A stretch of DNA of 64,000 nt, taken from positions 1 to 64,000 of the forward strand of contig JALJEE010003244.1 of assembly GCA_023231475.1 (NCBI GenBank), given 5' to 3'. The notes under the pieces were generated by a model, which searched no databases, was not told the DNA's origin, and saw nothing but the letters and a program-made list of their open reading frames with translations. Position 1 is the stretch's first letter. The number at the start of each line of letters is the position of its first letter. This document shows, one piece after another, positions 62,801 through 64,000 of the stretch. The translations under genes were made by a program, and so were the position numbers. This DNA is from Seison nebaliae (Eukaryota).

Positions 62801-64000
62801 TAAGATGGGATGGTCGAACAAGAATTTATTTGACTCTCAAAGGAAAATTCGAAGGCAAAGTATCAGGTCTTTGTGGAAATATGAATGGAAATGCTGAGGA
62901 CGATACACAGTTGTCAGATAGAAGTGCCGCATCAATCGAGGACTTGGCAAATGCTTTCCAAGTGGGAACATGTGTCGATAAAGAAATTCCACCAATGTTC
63001 GATTTGACACAACCTTGTGCGGGGCATGATGGTCGGCGTGAGTGGGCACATACAAAATGTGACATGATAGCAGTCGATGCCACGAAAGATTCTCCTTTCT
63101 ATTATTGTATTCAACAATTGGATGAGAATGTGGTGGAAAATGCTCATACGAATTGTCTTTTCGATACCTGTTCTTGTGACAAGGGTGGCGATTGTGAATG
63201 TATGTGTGATGCATTGGCGAATTTCGGGGAATTGTGTAACGAAGTTAACTATCCGGTACGTTGGCGTACCCAAGAATTATGCCGTTTAGTACATTATGTA
63301 AATGTTCAATTTAATTTTTCTTTCCACAGCTATGCAATGTGATTACGGGAAAGTTTATGAAGCATGTGGTAAAGACTGTCCTCAAGCTTGCGGCAATAAT
63401 ACCTGTGAAGACGGTTTTCATTCTAATTTCTTAGTTTCAATTTTTCACTTATTTTTCAGTTGGTTGTTTGGAAGGTTGTTTCTGTCCCACGGGTACTTTC
63501 GAGGACGTATCAGGAAAATGTATTAAGGAATCTGAATGTCCGTGTGAAGTTGAAGGAAGAATTTATACTCCCAATGCCATCTTCCGACACAAATGTTACG
63601 AATGGTTCCGTCTAGTAATTATATTTTATGATTTTAATATTTTCTTCCGATTTCAGTCAATGTAAAAATGGTGAAGTTAATTGCTATAAACAATTGGATG
63701 ATTGTGAGGAATGTACCGGTTTTCTGTGTGGTAATGGCACAGCATCTTCCATCCAATGTATTAATAAAGAATATGAATGCGATGGTGTGAAAGATTGCGA
63801 TGATGGAAGTGACGAAGAAAAATGTCCATGTGATCCCGATAGCTTCGTTTGTGATATTGGCGGTTGTATAGACAAAGGTTTACGATGTGACGGTGTACCT
63901 AATTGCCGAGATGGAACAGATGAGATTGGTTGTGAAGTGTGTATCGATTGCAATCCGTGTAACGGCTTCCCTTGTGAAAATGGAAAATGCATTCCAGAAT
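59860..64000 (+). CDS. SCO-spondin/mucin-like secreted protein: three VWD-C8-TIL assemblies then LDLa repeats; runs off the window
   Basis: Signal peptide MIISKLLLLMCIGYSSA; TFDG/GLCG VWD motifs three times; CSCDKGGDCECMC D3 motif; LDLa repeats (ECDGVKDCDDGSDE, CDGVPNCRDGTDE). First intron 63284-63329. Confidence 0.88.

Noticed and set aside
59884..63992. Many antisense and alternate-frame ORFs over the VWD gene and other long CDSs
   Set aside because: These are shadow ORFs of the real coding frame with no independent protein features.
1..64000. Alternative genetic code
   Set aside because: TAA (ABCE1), TAG (MPC2) and TGA (BBS8, STX16) all end genes at the expected positions, and conserved residues translate normally.

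Overview
Gene-dense, AT-rich animal (invertebrate) nuclear DNA in the standard genetic code. It is not prokaryotic, so the ORF track is broken by many short spliceosomal introns (mostly 41-65 nt). Genes I modelled by hand: ABCE1, VPS25, a SOL-1-like 4xCUB protein, an overlapping PAN-like ORF, SLC22, CATSPER1, ATP9, BBS8/TTC8, SLC25A10, STX16, a degenerate NWD (NACHT/WD40) protein, a PMCA pump, CTU2, MPC2, PHAF1, the 5' part of an SCO-spondin-like VWD/LDLa protein, and several orphans. The most unusual signals are: (1) 5' splice sites are overwhelmingly GTT rather than GTRAG; (2) an orphan coiled-coil gene has 21 consecutive phase-1 introns and recurring 57/69-nt exons; (3) the PMCA tail is built from six symmetric small exons; (4) a probable CUG start yields an MGCINTK acylation motif; (5) CatSper1, BBS8 and an X-box-bearing PMCA may form a ciliary/flagellar module. 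All gene models and counts are manual, with no transcript or database confirmation.
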